A DNA stretch of 64,000 nucleotides from Octopus vulgaris. Lineage: Eukaryota. The stretch spans positions 127,472,001-127,536,000 of the forward strand of contig OX597818.1 of NCBI GenBank assembly GCA_951406725.2, written 5' to 3'. The notes under the pieces are model-generated. The model did not search any database. It saw only the letters and a list, made by a program, of their open reading frames with translations, and was not told where the DNA came from. Each line of letters starts with the position of its first letter. Within the stretch, counting starts at the first letter, position 1. Made by a program: the position numbers and the translations under genes. Below, one piece after another: positions 26,004 through 37,579 of the stretch.

Positions 26004-26452
26004 TCATCATCATCATCGTTTAACGTCCGTTTTCCATGCTAGCATGGGTTGGACAGTTCAACTGGGGTCTGGGAAGCCAGAAGGCTGCGCCAGGCCCAGT
26101 CTGATCTGGCAGTGGTTCTACTGTTGGATGCCCTTCCTAACGCCAACCCCTCCGTGAGTGTAGTGGGTGCTTTTTACGTGCCACCTGCACAGGTGCCGGA
26201 CGAGGCTGGCAAACGGCCATGATCGGATAGTGCTTTTTAGGTTTCAAATTTTAGCACAAGGCCAGCAATTGTGGGGGTGAGTGCAAGTTGATTATATCGA
26301 CCCCAATGCTCAACTGGTACTTAGTTTATTGACACCAAAAGGATGAAAGGGTAAGTCAAGGTTGGCAGAATTTGTACTCAAACATAAAGACAGATAAAAT
26401 ACTGCTAAGCATTTCACTCAGAATACTGACAATTCTGTCAGCCCACTGCCTT
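26004..26452 (-). mobile_element. Family D element (26004-26235) next to a decayed family B SINE
   Basis: (CAT)n followed by the reverse-complement D tail and one modular unit, then a B copy. Confidence 0.8.
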
Positions 26453-26987
26453 TCTCAGATGTATATATTGAAACTGAATTGCAAATTGAAAACTCATCTC
26501 ACAATAGCTATCTATCTATCTGATATATATATATATATTACCATCATTTACTATCCACTTTTCCGTGCCTGCATGGGTCAGGAGTCAGATGCATTTGTTG
26601 AGGCACACACACATATGCATACATGTATTGTACTCATGCACACACTCACACGGTGAATGTATGTCTGTTTGTCCTGGGTTGCTCAAAAATACCAAATGAA
26701 TGCTCACAAAACCACATATATCATAACTTACTATCTCACACTTTATAGCATATGTTTTTATGTATACAGTATTGATGTATTTGGATTAAATTCTAAATTT
26801 TTCATCAATGTGTAAGCACAAAGCATTATATTTAATGTTTATTAAAAATACTCATTTTGAGATCCAGTTAACAAGTACCCACTCACCAATATTCTGTGTT
26901 TAAGTGTACTATCATCATGCCTAACTATTTTTAGTCTGCTGATCTGACTATCTCCTCTCTTTCTCTCTCTCACATATATATATATAT

Positions 26988-27560
26988 AACGGGAAGGTTT
27001 ACGAAAATAAACAAAAGACGAAGGCAGGTGGAGTACAAATAATTAATTGTATTAGTATGGCGCTCAGGAATAGAAATAGAATAAGTCTTTTACGTTTCGA
27101 GCCTACGCTCTTCGACAGAAAGATACACAGAAAAGAAACAAGGAGACAAAAAAAATGCGTGTAGGAGCTAACTGTCTATCGTGGCATTCTGACTTCAGGC
27201 AGAGATCAGAGGTCAGAAGTTAGACGCTGAGAGAGAGAGAGAGAGTATGAGGGCTTTAGTTCACAGATGATCTGCTATAGCTGGTCATCCATTAGGTTCC
27301 AAGCTCATAGCTGAAGCTGGAGCTAGGGATCTGTAAGTAGGGTTCCAAGTCAGCAGGTATATATTAAAGGAAAAAGAAAACAAAACCAAGACAGGACGAG
27401 CATCTCGGGTCATTTAGAATATTTAATCAGAGTAAAGTGAATCAAAACAGGAGAAGTGGATGTGATTATTGTCTTACAGCTGTTTCTGGAATATCCCAGA
27501 AACAGCTGTCAGACATTAATTCTTATCCATTTTTTATTCACTTTACTCTTATTAAATATT
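26988..27560. mobile_element. Penelope-like terminal-repeat fragments, including a foldback (27418-27560) and hammerhead-like motifs
   Basis: The minus strand has gaagagcgtaggctcgaaacgtaaaagac. Inverted arms aatatttaatcagagtaaagtgaat...acagctgtttctgg / ccagaaacagctgt...attcactttactcttattaaatatt. Confidence 0.55.
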
Positions 27561-27567
27561 ATATACA

Positions 27568-27786
27568 TTTCTTTACTACCCACAAGGGGCTAAACACAGA
27601 GGGGACAGACATAGGTATTAAGTCGATTACATCGACCCCAGTGCGTAACTGGTACTTAATTTATCGGCCCCGAAAGGATGAAAGGCAAAGTCGACCTCGG
27701 CGGAATTTGAACTCAGAACGTAACGGCAGTCGAAATACGGCTACGCATTTCGCCCGGCGTGCTAACGTTTCTACCAGCTCGCCGCC

Positions 27787-27788
<2 letters not shown>
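27568..27788 (-). mobile_element. SINE family B, tail 1
   Basis: Reverse complement of the B unit in a TA context. Confidence 0.85.
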
Positions 27789-27818
<30 letters not shown>

Positions 27819-28323
27819 AAAGAAACATTAAGCAGTGATGTGTATAAAGACAAACTTCTTATCAGTTCAAATATACTTTGGGCATATTCAAACTTGTAAG
27901 AAAGCCATTCAGTGTATTTTGTTGTGGAGAAAATTTCTTGCTGTATACAAATAGGTGTAAACACACCAAACCAGTTCAAAGTGCTCTCTAACCAGACCGA
28001 TGGATAATTGCTTTTCAGAGAGGTTATCACTTCTTCAGCGTCAGACACTGGAAAGAGAACACTATGAACTGACAAGAGATAGATATCTTTTATTATATTT
28101 CCATCATTGTAATGAGACTGGCTTTACTAATCAGTGGCTCACTATAGATAAAATACAAACAAACGCAGCACGCACACACACACTGTATAAGCACCGTTTT
28201 CATTTCAGAAAATTTCTTGCAAAAGATCAAATCCAAAGTTATTAAAAACAAGATGTACAAAATTTTGGGTATCCCTCTGAGAAATTCTGTTTCGTGTACA
28301 CAATTGTAAGTTATATATATATA

Positions 28324-28543
28324 AAGGTGGCGAGCTGGCAGAAACGTTAGCTCGCTGGGTGAAATGTTTAGCGGTATTTCGTCTGTCGTTATGTTCTGAG
28401 TTCAAATTCTGCTGAGGTCGACTTTGCCTTTCATCCTTTCGGAGTCGATAAATATAGTACCAGTTTTGCAACTGGGGTCATTGTGATTCCTTTGTCCTTG
28501 TTTGTCCCCTCTATGTTTAGCCGCTTGTGGGCAGTAAAGAAAT
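28324..28543 (+). mobile_element. SINE family B, tail 1
   Basis: B unit flanked by (TA)n on both sides. Confidence 0.85.
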
Positions 28544-28784
28544 ATATATATATTACAGCTCACCAAAATTTTACCACCTACACTTATTTCCTTTAAAGAT
28601 AACAAATATTTATTTCTATTATTAATACGAATACTAATTTGAACATAGAAAATGAATAGGCAGAATTTACAAGCATTCGCTTAGATTGCCTCCCTTGTAT
28701 ATAAATGTCCCTTGAGAGTTACGTCCCCTAGATACTAACTTATGAAACTGATATTTGAATGGTTGAAGCAGTAGGGCCAAATAC

Positions 28785-28829
28785 CTCATGGTGTTTGATA
28801 TTTTCTGCTCCATTCTCGCTGGAATCCAT
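28785..28829 (-). other. Candidate first coding exon (MDSSENGAENIKHHE)
   Basis: ATG at 28829-28827, 15 open codons and donor GAG|gtattt. Lies at the CpG boundary. No homology recognised. Confidence 0.2.
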
Positions 28830-28944
28830 AAAATAAGTATCGGTAAAATAATGGAATCAATACAAGCCCTCTAGATTTGTGTCTTCTTTCATATGTAAGA
28901 AAACAGCATATTTGTAATCTTAATGTATCTAAACGTAATGCTGG

Positions 28945-29990
28945 TTTCAGATTTTGGCTCAAGGCCAGCAATTTCGAGGAAATGGGGTGAGTCGGATAGA
29001 TCGACCCCAGTGCTCAACTGCTACTTATTTTATCGACCCCGAAAGGATGAAAGGCAAAGACGACCACGACGGAATTTGGACCCAGAACGTGAAGACGGAC
29101 GAAATGCCGCCAAGCATTTTGCCCGGGGGTGCTAACGATTCTGCCAACTCGTCGCCTTATATTTAAACATAATATTGAAAATAATTGTTGTAAAATTACG
29201 TAAGCAACTGGAGGGTCATAGTCGACTAAATTAACACCTCAGCATTACTAGTAGTTATTTCTATCAACGCTGGAGGAATATAAGGCCAAGTCCACCTGGT
29301 CGGGATTTGAACCTACTCGTAAGTCCTAAATTAAATTCCATCAGGTAGGCACAGGATTGACTGTGTGATGAGAAGCTTGCTTCCCAACCACATGGTTCTT
29401 GATTCAGTCCCACCGCGTGGTACTTTCGGCAAGTGTCTTCTACTATAGCCTCGGACAGATCAAGGCCTTGTGAGTGGATTTGGTTGACGTAAACTGAAAG
29501 AGGCCACATATATATATGTGTATGTTTGCCCCCGCCGCCTCGTTTGATAACCAGTGTTAGTGTGTTACGTCCCCGTAACTTAGCGGTTCGGCAAAAGAAA
29601 CCGATGGAATAAGTACCAGGCTTTAAAAAAAATTTTTAAGTACTGGGGTCGAACCATTCGATTAAAAAGTTTTCAAGGCGGTGTCCAAGCATGGCCGCAG
29701 TCTAATGACTGAAACAAGTAAAAAAAAATATAATATTTTATTGGATGTTCTACAAATTCTGCTGTATACTCCCCTAATAATTTTTACCTACTGCAGACAC
29801 GAGGCCCGAAATATTAGAGGAAGGAGTTAATTGATAACATCGTCGATAGTGCTCAACTGGTTCATATATTATCGACTTCGAAAGGATGAAATGCAAAGTT
29901 GATTTTGGCGCTACCTGAACTCAGAACATAAAACCGGAAGCTATTAAGCTTTTTGCCAGCATGCTAACGGTTCAGCCAGCTTGCCGCTTT
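28945..29990. mobile_element. Diverged family B (28945-29160 and 29785-29990, minus) and family A (29348-29722, plus) SINEs
   Basis: Recognisable family cores with CpGs largely retained. Confidence 0.8.
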
Positions 29991-30108
29991 TTCTTCCCTA
30001 ATAATAGTGAATGTCAAAATTTTCTCCCTCTCTGTTTTTTCTTTCTTCCACCCTCTCTCTTTCTCTCTAGTAGAAACACTCTGCCGCCACCCACTCTTTA
30101 CCAGCATT

Positions 30109-30151
<43 letters not shown>

Positions 30152-30249
30152 ATAAAAACGGTAAGATAACAAAAGAAGGAAAGAGACCTCGAAATTATGT
30201 AGAGGAATTTATCTGTAAATGTAATATGTGACAATTATATATATATATA

Positions 30250-30849
30250 GGCGCAGGAGTGGTTGTGTGGTAAGTAGCTTGCTAACCAACCACATGGTTC
30301 CGGTTCAGTCCCACTGCGTGGCATCTTGGGCAAATGTCTTCTGCTATAGACCCGGGCCGACCAATGCCTTGTGAGTGGATTTGGTAGACGGAAACTGAAA
30401 GAAGCCTGTCGTATATGTATGTGTGTGTTTGTCCCCCTAGCATTGCTTGAAAACCGATGCTGGTGTGTTTACGACCCCGTCACTTAGCAGTTCGGCAAAA
30501 AGAGACCGATAGAATAAGTACTGGGCTTACAAAGAATAATTCCCGGGGTCGATTTGCTCGACTAAAGGCGGTGCTCCAGCATGGCCGCAGTCAAATGACT
30601 GAAACAAGTAAAAGAGTATATATATTTTTTTCTTTACTACCCACAAGGGGCTAAACACAGAGGGGACAAACAAGGACAGACAAACGGATCAAGTCGATTA
30701 CATCGACCCCAGTGTGTAACTGGTACTTATTTAATCGACCCCGAAAGGATGAAAGGCAAAGTCGACCTCGGCGGAATTTGAACTTAGAACGTAACAGCAG
30801 ACGAAATACGGCTACGCATTTCGCCCGGCGTGCTAACGTTTCTGCCAGA
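30250..30849. mobile_element. Tail-to-tail SINE A (plus, 30250-30617) and SINE B (minus, 30628-30849)
   Basis: Near-consensus copies. gacaatta is repeated on both flanks. Confidence 0.9.
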
Positions 30850-31539
30850 TATATATAACCCGACAATTATTCAAGTCTGTCTCTTGGGACGTTGGTGAGA
30901 CTTAAATAATTGTTGAGAGACATCTCTCTCAACATGAAACCAATGGTAGTCTTGTTAACCCATGAATAAGTGATATGTATCCCCTTATGCAGTGTTGAGC
31001 ACTCTTTCTCACTATTCGATATAGCTGAGCGAGCCAGAATACTTAAAGACTCCCTTAAACCTGACTCGCTGAATACTCGCCAAGAAATATTCACACAGCT
31101 TATCCATTTCAAGTGCTACCTACAGTAAAATTGGGATTCCCCGTTCGCTGATTAAGCTTGTAAGAGTCCTTACGATCCGTTAGCAGGCCAAGAAATAAAT
31201 CGCTACTCCTCAAATTGCTGATCTAGGGGAGATAACCAGTTCTCACCAACGCCGGACCTTTTATTCTCTGATGATTTTTTTACCAATTGACCGTAACAAC
31301 TTTCTATATCCGAGAGGTGAAAAGTTATATTTGTCTGATGAGCTGTCCATCGGTCACTCTATGACCAGACTTTAACTTTATTGCTTCAGTATTTTACTGC
31401 TCTATACTTTGGTGGGCTTATTATTCGGGTATATGATATATTGACTATACTCTTTTACTTGTTTCAGTCATTTGACTGCGGCCATGCTGGAGCACCGCCT
31501 TTAATCGAGCACCTCGACCACCTGTCCACTTTCTAGATG

Positions 31540-31797
31540 ACAACGAGGCTAGTGCTGCTTCTGGTCAGCTTGGATCAAATGGCATGGCAGTGTTGTTTCG
31601 GAAAGATATGTATGATTTTTCCTAGACCAGGATTACAAGTCAGTTTTCGTGGACGATTTACCATCGGTGCAGTAGTAGGGGCAATATCTGATTCCTTCAG
31701 ACTAGTAGCCGTTTACAATTCGACTTGGACTGGAAATCTGGATTTCTTTAGACATCTGGAAACATTCCTATATAAATATCACTCATTAGTGATAATA
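31540..31797 (+). pseudogene. L1/Tx1-type apurinic endonuclease fragment
   Basis: SFRLVAVY...DFFRHLETFL...SLVIIG resembles the APE RLxxVYAP...lGDFN region. It is cut by a family B SINE at 31797. Confidence 0.55.
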
Positions 31798-32004
31798 GGC
31801 GGCGAGCTGGCAGAATCGTTGGTACGCCGGTCGAAATGCTTAGCGGTATTTCGTCCAACGCTACGTTCTGAGTTCAAATTCCGCCGAGGTTAACTTTGCC
31901 TTTCATCCTTTCGGGGTCGATAAATTAAGCACCAGTTACGTACTGGAGTCGATCTAACCGACTGACCCCCTTTCCAAAAATTTCAGGATTGTGCCTATAG
32001 AAGA

Positions 32005-32038
<34 letters not shown>

Positions 32039-32200
32039 TGTCCACCTTTACGTTCTGAGTGCAAATTCCGCCGAAGTCGACTTTGCTTTTTTACTTTTCA
32101 GGATCGATAAAACATGTACCACCTGAACATTGGAGCTGGTGTAACCGAGCAGCGTTTGCATTAAAAAAATTTTCAGGCCTTGTGCCTATAGTGAAAACAA
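31797..32200 (+). mobile_element. SINE family B, tail 2 (two copies separated by (TAG)n)
   Basis: B core followed by an aaaatttcaggccttgtgcctatag-type tail. Confidence 0.8.
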
Positions 32201-32445
32201 ATTAGTGAGGAGTACTCGAGATAGTAATCTCGGTGGGCAGGGTGGATCGGGATCTGTCGGGTTCATTGGTTGCCTCTGGGTGATGTTCCCTCATCTATTG
32301 GAGATTTTGTTTGCTGAGATGTTTTAGTAAATTATTAATGCTTTCGGGTTTTACGTTTTCCCGCTGACTTTTGTATTGTCTTAAATGTTTTTGCCACGCT
32401 TGTATCCAATAAAGACAGAGTTATTATCATTATTATTATTATTAT

Positions 32446-32989
32446 TGAGTGAGAGAGCAGTTAATGCGATCAAAGTGACACTGGGGTAAAATATACGAAG
32501 CCCAATATACTCATCATGACTACCCGTCTGATAAGGGTACACCAGGCACATGCATCACAACCATATGTGCGCGACATTGTGATCTCGTATCAAGATAAAC
32601 AGCACATGACCTTGCAGGTGGGGCCCAGTTAGAATTTTCTTCAGGTCGAGTAGCCCATCCTGCTCAAAAGGTCCCTGAATAAGGGTTGCTTTAGGATGTT
32701 GAACGAAACACCCATGTTTCCAGAGGTGAATTATTCAAACTCCAAAGAATCCCTCTCAACACATGGCTATGATGCTCCCCCACTACTTCTGCTCGTGATC
32801 AGAGATGCACGTATTGTCAGCCACTAAGGGACATGCTCAACTGGTTAAGGTCAAACAACTGACAAGCAAATCTGTGGTATTGAGCAGAATATTTGCTGTA
32901 GCCCATCTTTTATACCAAGACAAAACAATGTACATGATAACACTTCCAATTAGTTAAGATCAGAAGCCATGAGAGCCACTGCCTGGTAC

Positions 32990-32990
<1 letters not shown>
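32446..32990 (-). mobile_element. Family F retroposon 3' region in (TAA)n (shorter copies at 23110-23220, 37241-37527, 37921-38025)
   Basis: All copies share the fixed left end gagtga(gagagcag) abutting att repeats and have variable right ends, which implies 5' truncation on the minus strand. Confidence 0.75.
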
Positions 32991-33049
<59 letters not shown>

Positions 33050-34758
33050 CATTATTGTCTTTGCACAGCTTCTAACGCTAGAGATGTACTACGGTGTCAG
33101 CTGCTCACTACCAGTGAATTAAGGTTTCTATTCTCCTTAAACTTCTTCCATATGTTGTCAGTTCCGTCCTCCACTTCGCCATACTTTTTCCAAGCAACAA
33201 CTCAACATTCGATGCAATACAAAATACGTTCAGACATTCCATAATTCAAGAATGTGGGCTCATATCGTACGCCTTACGATAATCGATCTATGATATGGCT
33301 AAGTTAGTTTTCTTTCTCTTGCAGTCTCTAAGTAAAGTTTTGTCAACCAGGTGTTGATCCTTGGTACCTCTGCATATACGCTTGCAACTCTTGTGCTCGT
33401 GTGGCAGGACTTCATTTTTCTAGATGCTTGTACATTGACTCTGCGACTATTTCAGTCAATAGTTTCCACATAAGTGGCAAACAGGATGTCGGCCTGTAAC
33501 TGTCTACTGTTTTGCCTTTTCCGATGTTTTTCAAGCACAATACTGTCGTACCCATTGTCATCTACTCTGGTGTTACTTGGTCGGCATTTGCGGCGAACTG
33601 GCAGAAGCGTTAGCACGCCGGGCGAAATGCTTTGCAGTATTTCGTCTGCCGTTACGTTCTGAGTTCAAATTCCGCCGAGGTCGACTTTGCCTTTCATCCT
33701 TTCGGAGTCGATAAATTAAGCACCAGTTACACACTGAGGTCGATGTAATCGACTTAATACCTATGTCTGTCCTTGTTTGTCCCCTCTATGTTTAGCCCCT
33801 TGTGGGTAATAAAGAAATAGGCATTTAACAAGGTGTTGAGCTGCGCAGCTATTCGTGCATGACATTCACCAAATCTTTTGATCCAGAAGCCTTAAACTCC
33901 ATCTGGTCCCGGAGCCTTCAAGTTGCCAATTTTTTTGCTGATTTCCTTCACTTCCCTAAACGAAATGACTAGTTCTACCTGTTTTGGACAGACAACTGTT
34001 TATGTCCCTTCTTGCAACCATTCAGCATCATTCTTGTGTTCCTTGTCTTTGCTCCAGATGTCACTTCAAAACCTTTGACTTTCAATGTTATCTGGTATTA
34101 ACTTTTCATCTGTACACTCTCCATTTATTTATTTGTAGAATCTCTTCTGATCTACTCTGAATAACCTATTTTCCAGGTATCCCTTCATTCTGTGATCGTA
34201 TCTTACCATCTTTGCTTTCTTTTCAACTAGGCGTTGTTTCAGTTCCTCCATTACCACTTTGAGGCCCTTTTTTTCTGTATCATACTTCCTGTTCAGTGCC
34301 CTGTATTTTTGTTCGCTTTTAAGCTTCCCCTTCTCTTTTCGCTCAAACACAGAAATGTCCTTCGAGAGTATATCTAACCCCGCCTGTATTCTTCTTTTCC
34401 ACCATGGATCTTTTCTTTTGTCACTCCCATTATGTTTCTTTTTCTTGACATCAACACCCACATTTTCTGCTTTGATCAAATTATTTGTGTCTGTGATGTT
34501 TTTTTGTTTTGGTGTATTTCAGTATTTCATTCACATTTTTCTTTTCTAGGTTCAGTTTCCACCGACCAACTTTTTTAAGGTTGCAAATAATGTGGCTATC
34601 GTCCCCCGGTAACCTTGCCTTTACGCTGTCGTAGATTGTGTTTTGCTCATCTGTTATGTCACCATTAGTTTTATAGTCATCTTCCAAACCATCTGTATGT
34701 TTCTCATCGAGCAAGTTATCGCTGTTCCTTTCCTGTGGTTTATTAGATTTCACCGTTT

Positions 34759-35457
34759 ATTAGATCCGTTTCAAGAAGAAGACCAAGAAACTTCCCGAGA
34801 AAAATGAAAAGTGGAACGGCTATTGGGAGGTAACTGCAGATTTACCTTGGGTGCCAGGTTTTCTTTCCCATCCCAGTTTCGAAAAAACCAGATATTTTGA
34901 TGTGGTGTGAAAGAAAGAAAGTTGTAAATATAGTCGAGCTAACGGTTCCTCACGAAGATAATATGGACGCCGCTCGAGCTCGAAAATTAAACCGTTATGA
35001 AAACCTCCTCGAGGAATGTGAAGACGCAGGCTGGAAAGCGGAACATTTTCCTATCGAAGTCGGATGTAGAGGGTTTGTAGGACACAGCGTGAGACGACTG
35101 TTGTTATCGTTAGGCCTAACTCATCGTAAAGTCAATACCACCATGACTGATATCCAATCTACAGTGGAGAAGGCTAGCCACTGGATTTGGTTAAAAAGAG
35201 ACGATGAGCGATGGCTAGAAGTATATTGAGTTCTTCATAACCAGCTGATCTAGCAAGCGGGGCCTCATATCAGTGAGGGGGCCGGTGCGCATTGATGCCG
35301 TCGAGAGGTAGGCCCCGAAACGGCGCGCATTCTCTCCTGATGACCCCATACACTTGCTAGCTTCCGATATATGGAGCTTTTAACTGGTAGCACTTGCATG
35401 TGCAAGTTGTTTGCAAGACATCTGCTGTGAGATTACTTTTATCAGTAGGAATTGTAT
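34759..35457 (+). mobile_element. 5'-truncated HERO-like non-LTR retrotransposon (RLE domain and 3' UTR)
   Basis: ORF 34897-35229 extends upstream to KPDILMW. IVELTVPHEDNMDAARARKLNRY...PIEVGCRGF...EKASHWIWLKR is the PD-(D/E)xK RLE signature of HERO-type elements. 11-bp TSD tttcaYcgttt. Confidence 0.85.
35250..35360 (+). ncRNA. Hammerhead-core RNA motif with swapped strand order
   Basis: GCCG-UC (35297-302) pairs with GAAACGGC (35317-324). GAGAG (35303-307) pairs with CUCUC directly before CUGAUGA (35332-343). Closing stem ctagcaag/cttgctag. Confidence 0.6.
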
Positions 35458-36236
35458 TTTCATCGTTTCTTCTGCTGCTGTTTTCCAATACCCGTCTTTT
35501 GATAGCTTCGTGCTCTGCTTCTGTGAACCAACGATTTTTTTCTTATTGCTCCAGCTTGATCAAATAATCTCTGTTCCGTGAGTTGAAACAATCCTCTTTC
35601 TCTCCATTGATCATACATACGTTGTTGGTATCCTCTAATATGAGCGCCATTTTCATCTACAGGGTTGCTCAGGTAGTAAGACTCCATGACCACAACATTG
35701 ACTTGTTTGTTCCATTTACGCCGTATGTGCTGGTCCATTGCTGGTTAACGACAGGCTGGGGTCGGACCAGTATCTCTGAGCCTGCCGGGTGCAACACTGT
35801 CACCATCAAAGGCTTCAGTTTCATTACCACTGTTATTCACAATATTTTGTTTTTTCATTGTCACTCACATGAGGGAGCGATTATCGGGCTGCACAATTAC
35901 CTGTGTTTTTATTGTGACACCATCATTAGATGTATCATCAATCAGGACATGGGGAGATTCCAACCGCTTCCTTTCATGATAATAATCATCACTGATATTA
36001 TTTTCATTTTTTTACTATTTGAGTTTTGGCTGATTGTCATTAACACTTTCGTGTTAGTACTAGGCTCCGGGTCTTGTTAATTAGCGTAGACAATTTGAAA
36101 GAGCACCGCTTCTATAATTATAAACAAATAAATGTAGTCAAACAAAACAAAGAAACAAACAAAAAACTAATATCATCCCCTATTTTTTCCGTGGGGGTAT
36201 ATATTTGTTTAATGCCGGGGTGGGGTAGGGTATATA

Positions 36237-36608
36237 CGGTTACGACGACGAGGGTTCCGGTTGATCCGAATCAACGGAACAGCTTGCTCGTGAAATTAAC
36301 GTGTAAGTGGCTGAGCACTCCACAGACACGTGTACCCTTAACGCAGTTCTCGGGGATATTCAGCGTGACACAGAGAGTGACAAGGCCGGCCCTTTGAAAT
36401 ACAGGTACAACAGAAACAGGAAGTAAGAGTGAGAGAAAGTTGTGGTGAAAGAGTACAGCAGGGATCAGCACCATCCCCTGCCGGAGCCTCGTGGAGCTTT
36501 AGGTGTTTTCGCTCAATAAACACTCACAATGCCCGGTCTGGGAATCGAAATCGCGATCCTATGACCGCGAGTCCGCTGCCCTAACCACTGGGCCATTGCG
36601 CCTCCACA
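36237..36608 (-). mobile_element. SINE family C
   Basis: Near-identical to 15541-15924. Confidence 0.9.
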
Positions 36609-37111
36609 GGGTATGTATATCTATATCTGTTTAATGCTTTTGGGATCAATAATGAGTAGTCTTCGTCGTTTTGTTTTTATTCGATTCGCTTATGTGTGTC
36701 TGCGCTTGTTTATACATTACTTAATGTTATTTTAAAATATTAAAATGCATTCATGTAAAACTGGTGTGCATGCGTAATTTAGTTTACGTACTTATGTGTT
36801 TGGGATGTGTACTTAATCGGATATAGTCCAATATGTACGTACTCGGATATAATCCAACACTTTTAATGAATATTACTTACTCGGGTGTAATCCAGCGCTT
36901 TCTTAGTCTGGCGTGCGTGTTTACACGTGTTGTGCGAATGGCGGAGGTAACAAAACAGTTAAAATACATCGTTTCATTCGGAAAGCAGAAATAAATTTTA
37001 ATGAGTATTACTTACTCGGATATAGGCCAACATTTTGTCATTTATTTTAGACTCCATTTGTTGTCTTTATTCCCGATGTTTTTGGTAGGTTTCGAATCAG
37101 AGCGATTATCA

Positions 37112-37226
37112 TTCTTCTTCTTCTTCTTCTTCTTCTTCTTCTTCTTCTTCTTCTTCTTCTTCTTCTTCTTCTTCTCCTTCTTCTTCTTCTTCTTCTTCTT
37201 CTTCTTCTTCTTCTTCTTCTTCTTCT
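37112..37226. repeat. (CTT)n microsatellite
   Basis: Direct reading. Source of the poly-F/K/R ORFs. Confidence 0.95.
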
Positions 37227-37525
37227 CATTATTATTATTATTGAGTGAGAGAGCAGTGCATGCCATCAAAGTGACACTGGGGTAAAATATACGAAGCCCA
37301 ATATACCCATCATGACTACCCGTCTGATAAGGGTACACCAGGCACATGCATCACAACCATATGTGCGCGACATAGTAATCTAATATCAAGATAAACAGCA
37401 CATGACCTTGCAGGTGGGGCCCAGTTAGAAATTTCTTCAGGTTGAGTAGCCCATCCCGCTCAAAAGGTCCCTGAATAAGGGTTGTTTAAGGATGTTGAAA
37501 GAACCACCCATGTTTCCAGAGGTGA

Positions 37526-37573
<48 letters not shown>

Positions 37574-37579
37574 ATTATA

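Larger units (their letters stand above)
33057..35900 (-). mobile_element. Decayed R4/Dong-like RLE LINE with (TAA)n tail, carrying a SINE B (33590-33819) and a HERO-like insert
   Basis: N-terminal RRKWNKQVNVVVMESYY...RGYQQRM...TEQRLFDQA; PWWKRRIQ...ENRLFRVDQKRFY; RT region [15 protein letters not shown]...[10 protein letters not shown]...IDYRKAYD. Many stops and frameshifts. Confidence 0.85.

Noticed and set aside
27713-28245. Overlapping 120-aa and 81-aa ORFs in unique sequence
   Set aside because: No recognisable domain, and one runs into a microsatellite and a SINE.
31255-31375. Two CTGATGA motifs (hammerhead or C/D snoRNA candidates)
   Set aside because: I could not place a GAAA strand with matching helices or a terminal stem.
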